A DNA stretch of 64,000 nt from Azolla caroliniana. Lineage: Eukaryota; Plantae; Polypodiophyta. The stretch spans positions 11,966,001 to 12,030,000 of the forward strand of contig JBHGNT010000009.1 in assembly GCA_043228905.1 (NCBI GenBank), read 5' to 3'. The position numbers and the translations under genes are program-made. How positions within the stretch are numbered: position 1 is the first letter of the stretch; every line of letters begins with the position of its first letter. Shown here piece after piece: positions 35,745 to 49,084 of the stretch. The notes beneath the pieces are model-generated. The model was given only the letters and a program-made list of their open reading frames with translations, was not told the DNA's origin and did not search any database.

Positions 35745-38700
35745 TGGCCTCTTGCTCGACTACGTCCTCTTCCTCCGTTCGAATGTGTGTAGAGGATGTG
35801 GCCTTCCAAGGCATTGCTCTTAGTTCAAACACGATTTTCTTCAATCAATAACATTGATTGAAGATTGAAAAAGATTATGTGCGGAAACAATCGAGAACTG
35901 AACACGGAAAATACGCAGGTTTAATGGAGAGCTTGAATATACACAGTACGCGGGAGAGACAGAGAGAGAGAACACACAAAAACTCAATTCACAAAAAATA
36001 CTCACTCTTTTCTGTACATAATGACACAAGCCCTGACGATCGGGCTGACACAAGTACTGATAGTACTTGAATGCTCCTAAAGGAGCCTACTACACTAACT
36101 CCCAAAATTATTCTTTACAAGGAATACCATAATAACGGCCTTCCGGTTTATGCACCGATACGGCCACGTTATGTGTATTGTTTTACGCACCCAGTCTACG
36201 CACTGTATTATGGAATAATGTTGAGCTTGTCTCTCAACACTCCCCCTTAAGCTCAACTTGAGGTTCCACCTGCTCCGCCGGATCTACGCTCCGGTTCCTT
36301 CTAGCTTCACACCTCGCTCGCGCTCCTCAACCCGATCGATTCCGCACGCCTCGACCCTTTCGGCCAGCTTGTCTGCTTACACGTCCCTTCTCAGCTTCCT
36401 TGTTGTTGCAGTGTTGGCGCCTCTTCTGCTGCCTTCTCTACCGCTTGGCCCTTGGTTGATTCAGTGTATCCGAATCAAACATCTGAACCGACTCGGCTTC
36501 CTCCGATCCGTTTTCGCTCTCGTCCGAGTTGGCTATCTCAAACTCGTCTTCGGTCTTCTCGCCCTTGATGGCTTCGTCTCCCCCACACTTCGTTGGCTTC
36601 GGTTCTTTCTTTCATCTGCTCCCCTTATGTCCGCTTTTAGACTCTTCCGCGGATCCACCCTCGGCTTCTTCAGCTGATCTGAAATCGAATTCTTCATCCT
36701 ACTCGGCGTCACGGTCTTTTCCGCTCCTTTCTTGCTCCCTTCCGTGGTCATCATGGACATCTCTCCCCCTCAAGTTCGGCACGTCGAGGTGATGCAACCC
36801 AAGCGCACCCGAGAATTGCCGAAACTTGTCCAGACCAAGAGGCTAGGTGAAGATGTCGGCGTTCTGCCAATCTGTTGGAACATATTGAAGTTCAACTTCA
36901 CCGGAGAGGACACGTTCACGGACGAAATGGTAGTGCACCTCAATGTGCTTATTCCGGGCATGGAAGACGAGTTTCTTAGCTAGTTGGATGCTGCTGAGGT
37001 TGTCGCAGTAGATTGTCATTGGATCGGATACCTCCACCTGCAGATTCTTAAGTAGCCTCTTCAACTAGATGGCTTCACATGTCGCGATAGCCGCTCCTCT
37101 ATACTCAGCTTCGGTGCTCGACAACGCAACTCCCGAGAGAGAACGTGAAACCGGACGTGGATCGACGATCGCCGGCGTTTCCAGCCCAATCAACATAGGT
37201 GTAGCCGACCAACTGCGCGGTAGTATCAGTCCGATATAGTAGCCCCCGGTCCTTAGTGCCACTAATGTACCGGAGTACACGTTGTGTGCACTGAAGGTGC
37301 TCCTCGGTCGTTCGCACCATGAACTGACTAATCACCATGACCAGGTAGCTGAGATCTGGTTGGGTGATGGTCAAGTATATAAGGCTTCTAACTATTTGTC
37401 AGAACCTCGTCGGCTCGCATACCTTTCCAGAATCGGGGCGAAGCTTGACGGTTCTATCCAGAGGAATCGAGACGGACTTACAGTCGGTCATTCCGAACTT
37501 GAAGAGCATATTCAACGCCTAATGACATTGGCTGATCAATATGCCTTCAGGGGTACGGATCACTTCGATCCCGAGGAAGTAATGAAGGTCCCCCAGATCC
37601 TTCATGTCGAATGATGTCGCAAGCTGGAGCTTCACGCGGTCAATCTCACCTAGGTCGGCGCCGGTGATGACCAAGTCATCAACATAAAGTAAAATGCTAA
37701 CTAGCCCGAGTCCACCTTTCCGGATGAACAGTGAAGAGTCCGATTTTGACATCACAAAGCCCATCTGATGCAATCATTGCGTGATCTTCGCATTCCAAGC
37801 ACGCGGGGCTTGCTTTAGTCCGTAAAGGGACTTCTTCAATCGGCACACCGCCGAAGTGTTCGTTCTGGAGTGAAATCCAGGGGGTTGTACCATGTACACC
37901 TGTTCCTCAAGCTCACCTTCCAGGAACACATTCTTTACATCCATCTGATGTAAGTGCCACCCCTTAGCCGCTGCTACCGTGAACAAAACACGGACGATCG
38001 TCATCTTCGCAACCAGTGCAAACGTCTCATCGTAGTCGATGCCGTGTTTTGGCACGTAGGCTTTCGCTACTAACCAGGCCTTGTATCGGTTGACTGAGCC
38101 ATCGGTGTTGAACTTAACCTTGTACACCCACCTACATCCGATCAGCTTCACACCTTTCGGTGCGTCAACAAGGTCCCAGGTTTCATTCTCCGCCAATGCG
38201 CGCATCTCTTCCTCCATTGCGGCACACCAACACGCGTCCTTCGCCGCTTCTACGTAGCTCTCCGGCTCATGCACTTCCACTACACGCGTCATGTACGCAT
38301 AGTGATGCGCCATGTACTTGTTAGCCGAAGTTGAGGCCTTCTTGGCCGACACGGACTTCGGTCTCGAAGACCCATCATCATTTCCCTCAGAGTCGGACTC
38401 ACGTCGATCTGACTCGTTCCTATCCGTGCCATAACCCGACACCTTCTTCTTCCCTTTTTCTTTGCGCGTAAGTTGTCTCCTCAGCTTCCTGCGCGGGGAA
38501 TGCACGACCGAGTCTCCACTACTCGCCGGCTCTTCATCGGACTGGTCGAACCGACTCAATCATCCATTCGCTCCGCTTAACCAAAACGAAATCGGACTCT
38601 CTTCGCGGGTCCCGATTTCAGGCTCATCCGGAGGCATCTCGGCCTCACTGACCTGATCGTCAGAACTTGGATTGGAGGTCCGGAGTCGGAGGCAAGTACC

Positions 38701-40857
38701 AGGACGCGGACTCGTCAAACACAATGTCGCGGCTCACGCACGCTTGTTTGGTGCGAGGGTTATAACACTTATAACCCTTCTGCTCGTCTGAATAGCCGAC
38801 CAAGATACACTTCTCGGCTTTTGCATCCAACTTCCTCCGTTTCTCCTTCGGCACATGCACATACACAATGCTACCAAAAACTCTCAAGTGTCGTAGATTC
38901 GGCTTCCTTCCGAAATACAGCTCATGCGCTGACACTTTTTCTCCGATCCGATTATGGATGTATACCGCGGTTCGTACCGCCTCGGCCCAATAGAACTTGG
39001 GCAAGCTCTTTTGCATTGCCCACGCCGTTTCCACAATCGACCAATTCTTCCTCTTGGCCACGCCGTTTTGCTCTGGCGTGTAACCACAACTAAATTCGCG
39101 CCGAATCCCCATCTGTTGCAGGTAGCTGTTGAATTGACCGGAAAAGTACTCTTTCCCGCCATCCGACCGCAAGCACTTGATCTTCCATCCTATTTCCGTT
39201 TCCGCGAACCCTTTGAGGTCCCAGAAACAGTCTAAGACTTCACTCTTCTTCTCGATGAGATAGATCCACATGTGCCGCGTATAGTCGTTGATGAAGGAGA
39301 CAAAATATCAACTCCCGCCAAGACTAACGTTCTGTGTTGGCCCCCATACATTGGAATGTATCAAGTCGAGCTTGTTCCGGCTCCGATTATGCTCGTTAGG
39401 GAAAGGAAGCCGGTGTTGCTTCCCGAGTTAGCAGGCTTCACAAATTCGTGCCTTCCGGCCACTAAATTTGGGTAATCCGAACACCACCTGTTTCGATTAC
39501 AGGTCCTGAAGCCGTTGATAGTTGACGTGGCCTATCCGCTTGTGCCATAAGTCAATATCCGACTCGACTTTTTGTCCTTTCACGAACATTTCGGTGCCAC
39601 CGTTACTAGAGTCGAGGATAAACATCCTCCCGTCTCTGCGCCCTTGCGCAATAACTCGGCCTTCTTCTTCGATGACGCAACCGAGATGCGTGAACCGGAC
39701 TTGCATCCCCTGGTCGATGATCTGACCGACTGACACCAGATTCTTCGTGATTGTGGGGACGTGTAACACGTTCATGAGTTTCCCTTTCTGCCTAACATGG
39801 CTCAGGGGAACTTCACCGACATTCGCGATCGGATGCGGAGTGTCGTCTCCGGTTGCGACTACTCCTGATTGCATCGGTTTCTCAAGGTATGAGAACCACT
39901 CCTCATGGCACGTCATGTGGTTTGATGCACCGGAGTCCACGTACCACACCTCGTCCGATTTCGGGGTGGACATCTTCATCGATTTCGCTTCGTGTCTCGT
40001 CACGAACGCAGACCCTTTTCCGGCTTTTCCGGACCCTGCGGCGTAGTGCGATCGCTGCCGATTTCCTTTGTCGGTTTGTCCGGAGCCTGATCCGGATCCG
40101 GTCCTCTCTAAATCGGCATGCTTCTTCCACAACTCGCTCTCCTTGTGGCTTTTCTTGCAATAGTACCAGCATTCTGCAACTGATTTCCCTTGCTGGTTCT
40201 CGTCGCCTCAACTCCCCCTGTTTCCGGAGGGTCTAGAATTGCTGTCAACATCACTTCGGTGCCTTCTTCCTTGATCCCGTCAGCTGCCTCTATCTCCCTC
40301 CGTGTACAACATCTTGTTGTCGTCATGCGTGCTCGTCGACACACCCGCGTGGTTCTCCTTTATAAGGAGCATCGACTATAGGTTGAAAAACGACTGCGTT
40401 GTCGTGAAGATCCGTCACTATGCGCGGATCGTGAGGCGGAACCGCCGGGGTTCTGGACCGGAAGGATTCAAAGTCGGTACAAGCTTTGGCGCAAGCTTTA
40501 GCAAGAAAGTACTTAAGATAGATTGGGAAAGAGAGAAGTTGAGATTACACGATTGAGAGAGATTGATTGAACTTTTAACTTTAGATTTAAGAAACAAGTT
40601 ACACGATCAATTTGATAACAAATTTCTTCTTCTTAATTTCATAACAAAAAAAAACGTGTTTTTTCTCCTCCCCCTTCCTTCTTTTATAGATGCTCTCATG
40701 CATATGATGCATGTGAGGGTACAAGACACGCATAAATTGCATGTTTGCCATTTGGCGCTTATGTATTACATGTGGTGCATGATAACCATGTCACTCATTT
40801 TAGCTCTCATGTATGAGAATTTACATGTAAAAGTACAATGATAGAAATATAAATTCA

Positions 40858-40931
40858 ACTAAATGGCATGGCTTAATGGTAAGCCAATTGACTCCTAACT
40901 TGGAGGTGCAAGGTTTGAATCCTTACTTGCC
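40858..40931 (+). other. tRNA-like cassette in the H LTR (also 46244-46317)
   Basis: D-arm GCTT-AATGGT-AAGC, loop CTCCTAA, T-arm AAGG-TT(C/T)GAAT-C(C/T)TT; A box TGGCTTAATGG. Confidence 0.8.
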
Positions 40932-40974
40932 CTCCTTGTATATGTATATATGTATATATATTTATTTATCTAAT

Positions 40975-41345
40975 CGCCGGACGCCGGTTCGTCGGATGCC
41001 GTCGGTTACTGATGCCGTCGCCAGTTGCCGCCGGAAACCCGTGCCGTCGTCGGTTGCCACCGGATACCGTCGTCTCACCGGCGCCGGATACCGATGCTAC
41101 CACCGGATGCTGTCGCCGGTTGCCGCCGGATACCGTCGGTTACCGGTCCCCGCCGGATGTCGTCGTCTCACCGCCAATAAAATTGAGACTGTGGAGATGA
41201 GAATGAGTGTACGATGTATTCCAGGGTGCCCTGCTGAGGGTGCGTCATGGCATTAAAAAGAATAATCTTTTTGACCTCAGGTAAATCTGGAACACAAACC
41301 TGCGACGCCGGATACCGATTTGCCGTCGAATCACCGGCTCCATCG
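40975..41345. repeat. GC-rich degenerate GCCGTCGCCGGTTGCCGCCGGATAC-type repeats in the H LTR (also 46355-46635)
   Basis: Visible reiterated CCGG/GCCG units. Confidence 0.85.
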
Positions 41346-42078
41346 GCGGTCCGGTTTTGGTTGGCCAAAACCCTTTACGAGTAGCTAGCCCACCTCCACT
41401 CTTAGTTCAAGTTATCTTGAACTCTCTATGCGCCACACATAGACACAAAGATAATATCTTTTGTTGTACCTTATATATGATGAGAGTCGTATTTGTCGTG
41501 CCTATGTGGGATATCTCACAATTTTCTCTTTTCCTTTCACAAACTTTATACCCTCATATCTTTACATTTAGTTGTCCGTTTCTCGTGTAATAAAGTGCAT
41601 TCGAAACCTCCATCATTTTGTACTTAGATATTAAATTTATTTAAAATGTTATCTTCACAATTATTGTATTATGTGATTCATACTCGATTTCATACGTTTT
41701 ATGGGATTTTCACACTATTGACGAAAATCTTCATGACAGCGTATTCTCCCGTGTACACACAACAATTTTGAATGCTCCGAACTTCGACGCCAGTTCCCCG
41801 AGACAGATCTACACCATCTCGCCTTCCTCGACGTTTTACATCGATGGAGGCTAAGGAGTCACATATATCTTTGATCTTCGAGGTTTCCCTTCGGCATAAT
41901 CGGCCTTCCTTAGTGCCGGAGCTTCAAGAAGCAGTTTCTTTAATCTTCGCATCGCCTTTGTGTGCTCGTCTCGCCATTCGAACTTTATTCTTTTCTTTAG
42001 TAGTCCATATAACGGTTTGGCGACATGAGCGTAGTGAGGAATCCATATATGATAAAACGCGCACGCTCCAAGGAACCT

Positions 42079-43533
42079 TCAAACCTCTGTTTGGTTTTCG
42101 CATTCTTCTTTCATGTCTTGGATTGCGTTCACTTTGGATGGCGAGGGCTTCCGGCCGTATGCTCCACACAAGTGACCTACCACCAGGATCTCTGGTTGCC
42201 CGAATGCGGATTTTTCTCCCGAAAATGTCAAATTCGCATGTTCGAGCCTTTGAAGCACCTTCTTGCAATCTTTCATATGATCCGCAACGAACTTTCTACA
42301 ACCTTCCTTATCTTTTGATTCATCTTTCTCCTCATCCGAACATCCTTTTATCGGAATATCATCCAAGAATGGCATCGTGATTTCCGGAATGCAATCCTTC
42401 AAGACTTTATTCATGGCATTCACCATATGAGCCACCGAGTTCGTTGTGCCTTGGGGTAAGGTACACATCCGCACAAGCCCGATCGGAGTCCTCATGGTTG
42501 TAATGTCCCGACTGTCGATCGCCAATTGGAATTGGTCATATCCGGAGTAGAGATCGCCAATGGAGTAGATGGACCGGCCCGCAAACACTTCGGCAAATTC
42601 GTCCACGCTCGGACCGATTCCGGCATTTCGAATTGTCACCTTGTTGACGGATTGAAGATCTTGGATGAATCGCAATGATACATTCTTCTTCGGCACCGTG
42701 AACCACCTATTGGTATAAGGATCATTCGACGGTTCTAGAATTCCCATACTCACCTTCTCCTTTAAGAACTCGATCAGCTTCGAAAGGTGTGCTCTCGGAA
42801 CTGGTTTCGGTTTCAAATTCCAAGGCACATGAGGCACCGTGAAGATCACCATCGGCTCTATAACCTTTGGGTCGGCGCATCCGATTTCTCGTGGGAAGAA
42901 TGCAAAAGCCTTCCCATGTCTCTCAAGCATATCACGAAACATTCGCTCCTCTTCAGGGAGAAGGAAATCTTCCTTTCCAACTTGTAGCTTCCCCTTCGTC
43001 TCTTTGGTGAAGACATGACCTATCTTCTTCGGATCTCTTAAGCTTGGATTGTTAGCGACTTCCTTCATCTTTTGCCAGCTATCTTCCGGTAGCGGAACCG
43101 CAACTGGCTTGATCTTCTTATCCACCGTTTTATATTTCGTGTTGATGTCAGATTCCTTCATCGAGATGCCACGACGGTATTCATCGATGATAGCGTACAT
43201 GTTGACGGAGTTAACCGAAATCACGCGTTGGTTGTGAAGATAGCTCAAGTCCACGACGTCCTCGATTTCGCCGATGGTATCGTTAAATGAGGCTTCTTCC
43301 ATAATATGAGTCACAAACTCTCCTTCTTCTATTATGTTCTCTTCTTTCAGCATCTTCTCGAATTCTTGTATCCGGCGCTTGTGCTTCTTGTCGGGTAGTA
43401 CTAGTTTACATGCGCCACTAGGTGTGACACATGTTGCTTCTCCTTGCAATCCACGCACTCTTCTTTCTTGTGGGGTCTTGTGATTGCTCGGACAATTTGT
43501 GCCCCATGCTTCAATAGTCCGCTCTAAAAATCC
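42079..43533 (-). pseudogene. pol: pol ORF2 (RT) of element H
   Basis: 459-aa ORF with RFIQDL, DLYSGY, LPQG and FLDD. Confidence 0.92.
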
Positions 43534-45724
43534 GAGGATTCGCCTCCGAGACTATCTCGATTCCTTTCATGATTGGCTCGCACCGTTAGGAATTGGACCG
43601 ATCTTTGGTTGTCAAGACTCTTTATTCGTGCGAAGGCTGCTCCATTATCGAACACTTTGGTCTCCATCTGAGATGATGTGATATAAGGTTGCCCTAGGAT
43701 GACAGGATGCGACGCCGATTCTTGTACAAAGAAGTGTTGATCCATCGCCACATCCCCGATCGTGACTTTGATATTGGGACAAGCTCCGTACAAGTCCTCG
43801 GTAGACTTTGTTGCCGCGCGAATCTTCCATCCGTGGTTTGTATTATTGGCCACCTTCCTTTTTTGTAGAAGTTGGTTGACATGAGGTTAATCTCTGAGCT
43901 GTGGTCGATCAAGGCTACCACGGTCTCTTTCTTCTCCCCGATCTTCACCGGCGTCTTCGTTGTTGCTCGTGCCCAATGAGGTCGAGTGTAGTGGCTATCC
44001 ACCACATCTTCATCGATTTCGTCTCTTGCCATCGTTATGGCATTCGTTTTTGCTTTTTGCGGCTTCTCTTCTTCCTCATCTGATTGTTGTCTCTTTCTCT
44101 TTACAAGGTCCACGATCGTGTCATGGAACTCCTTCGTAATGCCAAGCAATTCCCTCAAGGACAAAGTTACGTGGCTATCAAGAACTCGTTCTTCGAGAAT
44201 CTTCTTTAGGTCCGTCGTCTGCTCTATGTCCGACCTGAGCTTATAGGTAGGTATAGTCCTTGTCATCCGAGCGGGGTCTTTGACACCAACCTTCACGGGC
44301 CGAACCGTTTCTTCAACTCGTATGCTTGGCTCCCCTTTTCAGCTTGATTCTCGTTCCTCCGTTTGTAAAGGTTGACTCGTCTCTGTATCGACCTTCTTTT
44401 TCGCGTTCCTTGTTTCATGTCTTTTTGATGGGCCTTGCTCTTCTATTCTCTTTCTCTTTTCTTCGACGAACACCTCGTGGTTGTCGCACATCACCTCTGT
44501 GAGTATGGTGTTGTCGTCCACCGGATCCGACCACCCGGTTATGCTTTGCACGCTTCAGTCTGCAAGCTCTACCTCGTTCAATGTGACTTTTCCCTTCTTC
44601 TCATATTCGAGAACGAAAGTCCAAAACTTTGCTCCCGCTCTAGCAGCTTCAGTCTTGTCTTTGCCGACTCTTATTCCGGCCGACGCAGCATAGTGCATCG
44701 CATCCACATGAGTCGCATCGGCATCCTCCATAGATTTCTTCATTCCTCCTCTTCCGAAATTCACCCGTAGGGGTCTTCTAGTCTCGCTTGAGCAGATCAT
44801 GTTGTCCTCTATGTATACGATATTTTGTCGAATCGCCTCTCGAAGGCTCGCACAATCCCTTCTCATGTGGTCCATGCTATCGCACCACACGCATCTAAAG
44901 GGTTCTTTTCCTTTAGGGCCCCGACGATTCATGTTGGCTAGGGTGACCTTCTCGAACTTCTTCGCTAGCTCTTCAATGATGTCGTCATCAATCTTCTTTT
45001 CTTCCACGTTACTTTGTCTTGGTGGCTTAGCTACTTTCGGGGGTCTTGCTTTCTCCGTGGTAGTCGATCCCGTCAAGTCGGTGTCATCAACCCATTGGCG
45101 ACGCTTGTCGAGCCTATTGCATGCCCGCTTCACTGCGATCCAGTCCGCTACGAGCCCATTTGCTTGGGTATCATCTTCGAGAAGAGTCCCCAACTCTCGT
45201 CTATCCTTTATGTCCATGGCCTTCAAGAAGTACAAAGTCTTGTCCTCTTCAAGCAGCACTTGGTCCGTATTGGGGAGACGACTAAACATCTGGTTGAATT
45301 CGTCGTACACCCTCGAGACGCTCATCTTCTTATTCTTCTTCTCTATCCAGTTCATCAGGGCATGTCGAGTCATCCTCGTTGAGTCTTCAGTCACGAACTC
45401 CGCTAGTATCGTTTTCTCGAACTCGGACCATGTTGTCTTACCTTCTTGAAGCTTGATGACGCGTCTTTGGATGTTGTTGGCGACAACTCTCTTGAAGCTT
45501 GCGATTTGACGTGCCTCAGACACGTCCCTCTGATTCATCTCCCTTCTATATAAATCAAGGAACGTCATAACGTTCCTTCCATCGAATTGGCCCACGAGCT
45601 CTACGACACGATCGACAGCCTTCTCCACGCTCGCGTCGTTGTCCTGAGATCTCATCATTTGCTCGACGATTAGCATCATCCTTTCGAGCTCTCCCACTTG
45701 GTTGCTTGAGGACGCCATCTCCAA
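43524..45724 (-). pseudogene. gag: gag-protease ORF1 of element H
   Basis: ORFs 44555-45724, 43694-44296 (ALIDHSSEINL) and 43524-43853 (VILGQPY). Confidence 0.88.
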
Positions 45725-48700
45725 GTATTAATCTTGACTTGATCCTTCCTACCGCCTCTTTCACGTCGGGTTCACCACTTAATTATGTCGTGAAGATCCG
45801 TCACTACGCGCGGATCGTGAGGCGGAACCGCCGGGGTTCTGGACCGGAAGGATTCAAAGTCGGTACAAGCTTTGGCGCAAGCTTTAGCGAGAAAGTACTT
45901 AAGATAGATTGGGAAAAAGAAAAGTTGAGATTCCACGATTGAGAGAGATTGATTGAACTTTTAACTTTAGATTTAAGAAACAAGTTACACGATCAATTTG
46001 ATAACGAATTTCTTCTTCTTAATTCCATAATAAAAAAAAACATGTTTTTTCTCCTCCCCCTTCCTTCTTTTATTGATGCTCTCATGCATATGATGCATGT
46101 GAGGGTACAAGACACGCATAAATTGCATGTTTGCCATTTGGCGCTTATTTATTACATGTGGTGCATGATAACCATGTCACTCATTTTAGCTCTCATATAT
46201 GAGAATTTACATGTAAAAGTACAATGATAGAAATATAAATTCAACTAAATGGCATGGCTTAATGGTAAGCCAATTGACTCCTAACTTGGAGGTGCAAGGT
46301 TCGAATCTTTACTTGCCCTCGTATATGTATATATTTATATATTTATTTATCTAATCGCCGGACGCCGGTTCGTCGGATGCCGTCGCCGGTTGCCGCTGAA
46401 AACCCGTGCCATCGCCGGATGTCGTCGTCGGTTGCCGCCGGATGCCGTCGTCTCACCGGCGCCGGATACCGGTGTTGCCACCGGATGTCGTCGCCGGTTT
46501 CCGCCGGATACCGGTGCCGCCGCCGGATGCCATCGGTTACCGGTCCCCGCCGGATGCCGTCGTCTCACCGGCGGCGGCGGCATCCGCCGCCGGATACCGG
46601 TTTGCCGTCGAATCACCGGCTCCATCGCCGATCCGGTTTTGGTTGGCCAAAACCCTTTACGAGTAGCTAGCCCACCTCCACTCTTAGTTCAAGTTACCTT
46701 GAACTCTCTATGCTCCACACATAGACACAAAGATAATATCTTTTGTTGTACCTTATATATGATGAGAGTCATATTTGTCGTGCCTATGTGGGATATCTCA
46801 CAATTTTCTCTTTTCCTTTCACAAACTTTATACCCTCATATCTTTACATTTAGTTGTCCGTTTCTCGTGTAATAAAGTGCATTCGAAACCTCCATCATTT
46901 TGTACTTAGATATTAAATTTATTTAAAATGTTATCTTCACAATTATTGTATTATGTGATTCATACTCGATTTCATACGTTTTATGGGATTTTCACACTAT
47001 TGACGAAAATCTTCACGACAGCGTATTCTCCCGTGTACACACAACAGTTTTGAATTCTCCGAACTTCGACGCCAGTTCCCCAAGACAGATCTACACCATC
47101 TCGCCTTCCTCGACGTTCACATCGATGGAGGCTAAGGAGTCACATATATCTTTAATCTTCGAGGTGTGATAAGCCACCGACAAATCGCGTTGTCGTAGGT
47201 TGCTCAGCTCCTGTCGGAGTTGAAGCTTTCTAGATGTAGTGCTTGCGGCGAAAATCTTCTTCAAATTTCCCTAAGCATCTTTCGGCGTTTTTGCATCACG
47301 AATGTAGCTTAGGAGTTGTTCGCCAACACAAGACGCAAAGTAGTACAATACTCTGCTCGTCGACTATTCCCACGCCGGGAAATCTCTGTGTGTCGATTTG
47401 GGTGCTGTGTCATTTGCTCCGTCGACATAGCTCCAGTAACCGTGCCCGAGCAGGTACTGGTGCATCTTGTAGGACCAAGACGTGTAGTTTTTTCTGTCGA
47501 GCTTCTCGATAGGAAGCGAGCTAGCCATGCCTCTATCCATTTTGTTTTTCCTGTTCTTCTTGCTTAGTTTTCTTTTCAAGCTATGTCGGCTATAGAGGTT
47601 CTCAACCCTCGTGCTCTGATACCATGAAAAAGATTATGTGTGGAAGCAATAGAGAACTGAACACGGAAAATACGCAGGTTTAATGGAGAGCTTGAATATA
47701 CACAATACGCGGGAGAGACACAGAGAGAGAACACACAGAAACTCAATTCAAAAAAAATACTCACTCTATTCTATACATACTTCGTGCTCGGTGAGCACCT
47801 TATATACAAGCCCTGACAATCGGGCTGACACAAGTACTGACAGTACTTGAATGCTCATATAGGAGCCTACTACACTATCTCCCAAAATTATTTCTTACGA
47901 GGAATACCATAATAACGGCCTTCCGGTTTACGCACCGATACGGCCACGTTATGCATACTGTTTTATGCACCCAATCTACACATTGGGTTAAGCACCGTAT
48001 TACGCACTAATGTTGAGCTTGTCTCTCAACAAAGATCAAAGAAAGAGGGAGGATTCCCCCTTGCTTGAATGGTTGTTCTCATCGGGCTGAACCGTGGTGC
48101 AAGGCCGTGGAGGCATATTTGCAACATCTCGTCATCATCCACATTGATGCATATTGATCCGAGTGAGTCACAAAGCTCCTTGATCTTCAAGGTGTAGCTC
48201 ATTATGGACATGTCCATTTGTTCGATGTTGTTCAACTCTTGGTGGAGTTTAAGCTTTTGTGCCGTCATATTGGCAGCGAATATCTTCCATAGATTCTCCC
48301 ATGCTTCTTGTGGCGTCATGGCTTCTCGAATGTGGCCTAGAATGTGGTCATGAACACATGTCTCCAAGCAATACATTACTCGACTCGGCGCTTGCTCCCA
48401 TGTTGAGTAGTCGGCGTCCTTTGGGTCGTGTCGATTTTCTTGTGCTCCTTTGATGTAGCTCCAATAACCTTGGCCGAAAAGGTATTGGTGCATCTTGTAC
48501 TCCCAAGATGCGAATTTGTTTCGGTCCAAGTTCTCGATAGGGAGAGCGCTCCCAAATTGAGTATTCATGGTGTTCAATGTGGAGGTACTACGATCGCGAT
48601 CAACCGGATTTCTTAGAATTGTTGGCATAGACACAACACACGCAGATGGGCCAGATCGACCTACCAAAGCGCTCTGATACCATGTAAAGAACCGATGGTG

Positions 48701-48736
48701 ATTCTTGTGCAGTAGAATAGGTTAGAGATGTGTGTT

Positions 48737-48768
<32 letters not shown>

Positions 48769-49084
48769 AGAGGAGAGAAACATAAGATAGATAGGAAAAA
48801 GAAATACTCAAGAAGATTGTATATTACAAAGGAGATTAACCGACGCATTACAAAGTAGGAGGAGAGTGCTTTATATAGTCACTCTCTCTCTTCATTAACT
48901 ACCGAACCTCATGGGTCATGGGGAATGTGGAAACTCATTAGTTATGTGTCATGGAATATGATTCTATGACACATAGTTAATGTGTAGAGAGTAGTGTAAC
49001 AGTTGTGACTTTTGACCATTGAGTGTTCATACACTCTCAAGGGTGTGTTCACACACTAGACTAGGTTGAGCTTGATTGTCAACT

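Larger units (their letters stand above)
40400..47020 (-). mobile_element. Phygy-like gypsy H: LTRs (40400-41738 and 45786-47020), PBS tRNA-Trp (45760-45777), gag, PR, RT; INT and PPT missing
   Basis: TGTCGTGAAG...CTTCACGACA with 4-bp TSD GCGT. Knuckle CVWCDSMDHMRRDC; RT MPFLDD. Confidence 0.94.
35866..48031 (-). mobile_element. Ty1/copia G, full length but decayed: 3' LTR (35866-36239), pol, gag, PBS tRNA-iMet (47613-47624), 5' LTR (47625-48031)
   Basis: Perfect 5-bp TSD AAGAT (35861-35865 and 48032-48036). WYVDSGAS, LRSDGGKEY, YVDDL and KHIEVHYHFVRE motifs. Confidence 0.95.
27259..49084 (-). mobile_element. Ty1/copia D, full span with nested insertions: 3' LTR (27259-27594), pol (27700-35344), gag (35745-35865 and 48032-48570), PBS (48671-48682), 5' LTR (48683-49084)
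   Basis: Matching LTRs start TGTAAAGAACCGATGG on the plus strand. PBS TGGTATCAGAGC. Imperfect TSD GTTTG/GTTTC. RH KHIELHYHFI and RT HQMDVKNAF. Confidence 0.85.

Noticed and set aside
40563-40841. 92-aa ORF present twice (also 45949-46227)
   Set aside because: It lies in the duplicated LTR, spans the TATA region and has a non-ATG start; LTR identity explains the conservation.
40858-40931. Calling the cassettes functional tRNA genes
   Set aside because: Acceptor or anticodon stems are incomplete, and the cassettes are fixed parts of LTRs.
44799-45449. Long antisense ORFs (also 2910-3521, 26175-26750, 41772-42380, 61076-61774)
   Set aside because: They are shadows of gag, pol or the extra ORF on the opposite strand, with no recognisable motifs.
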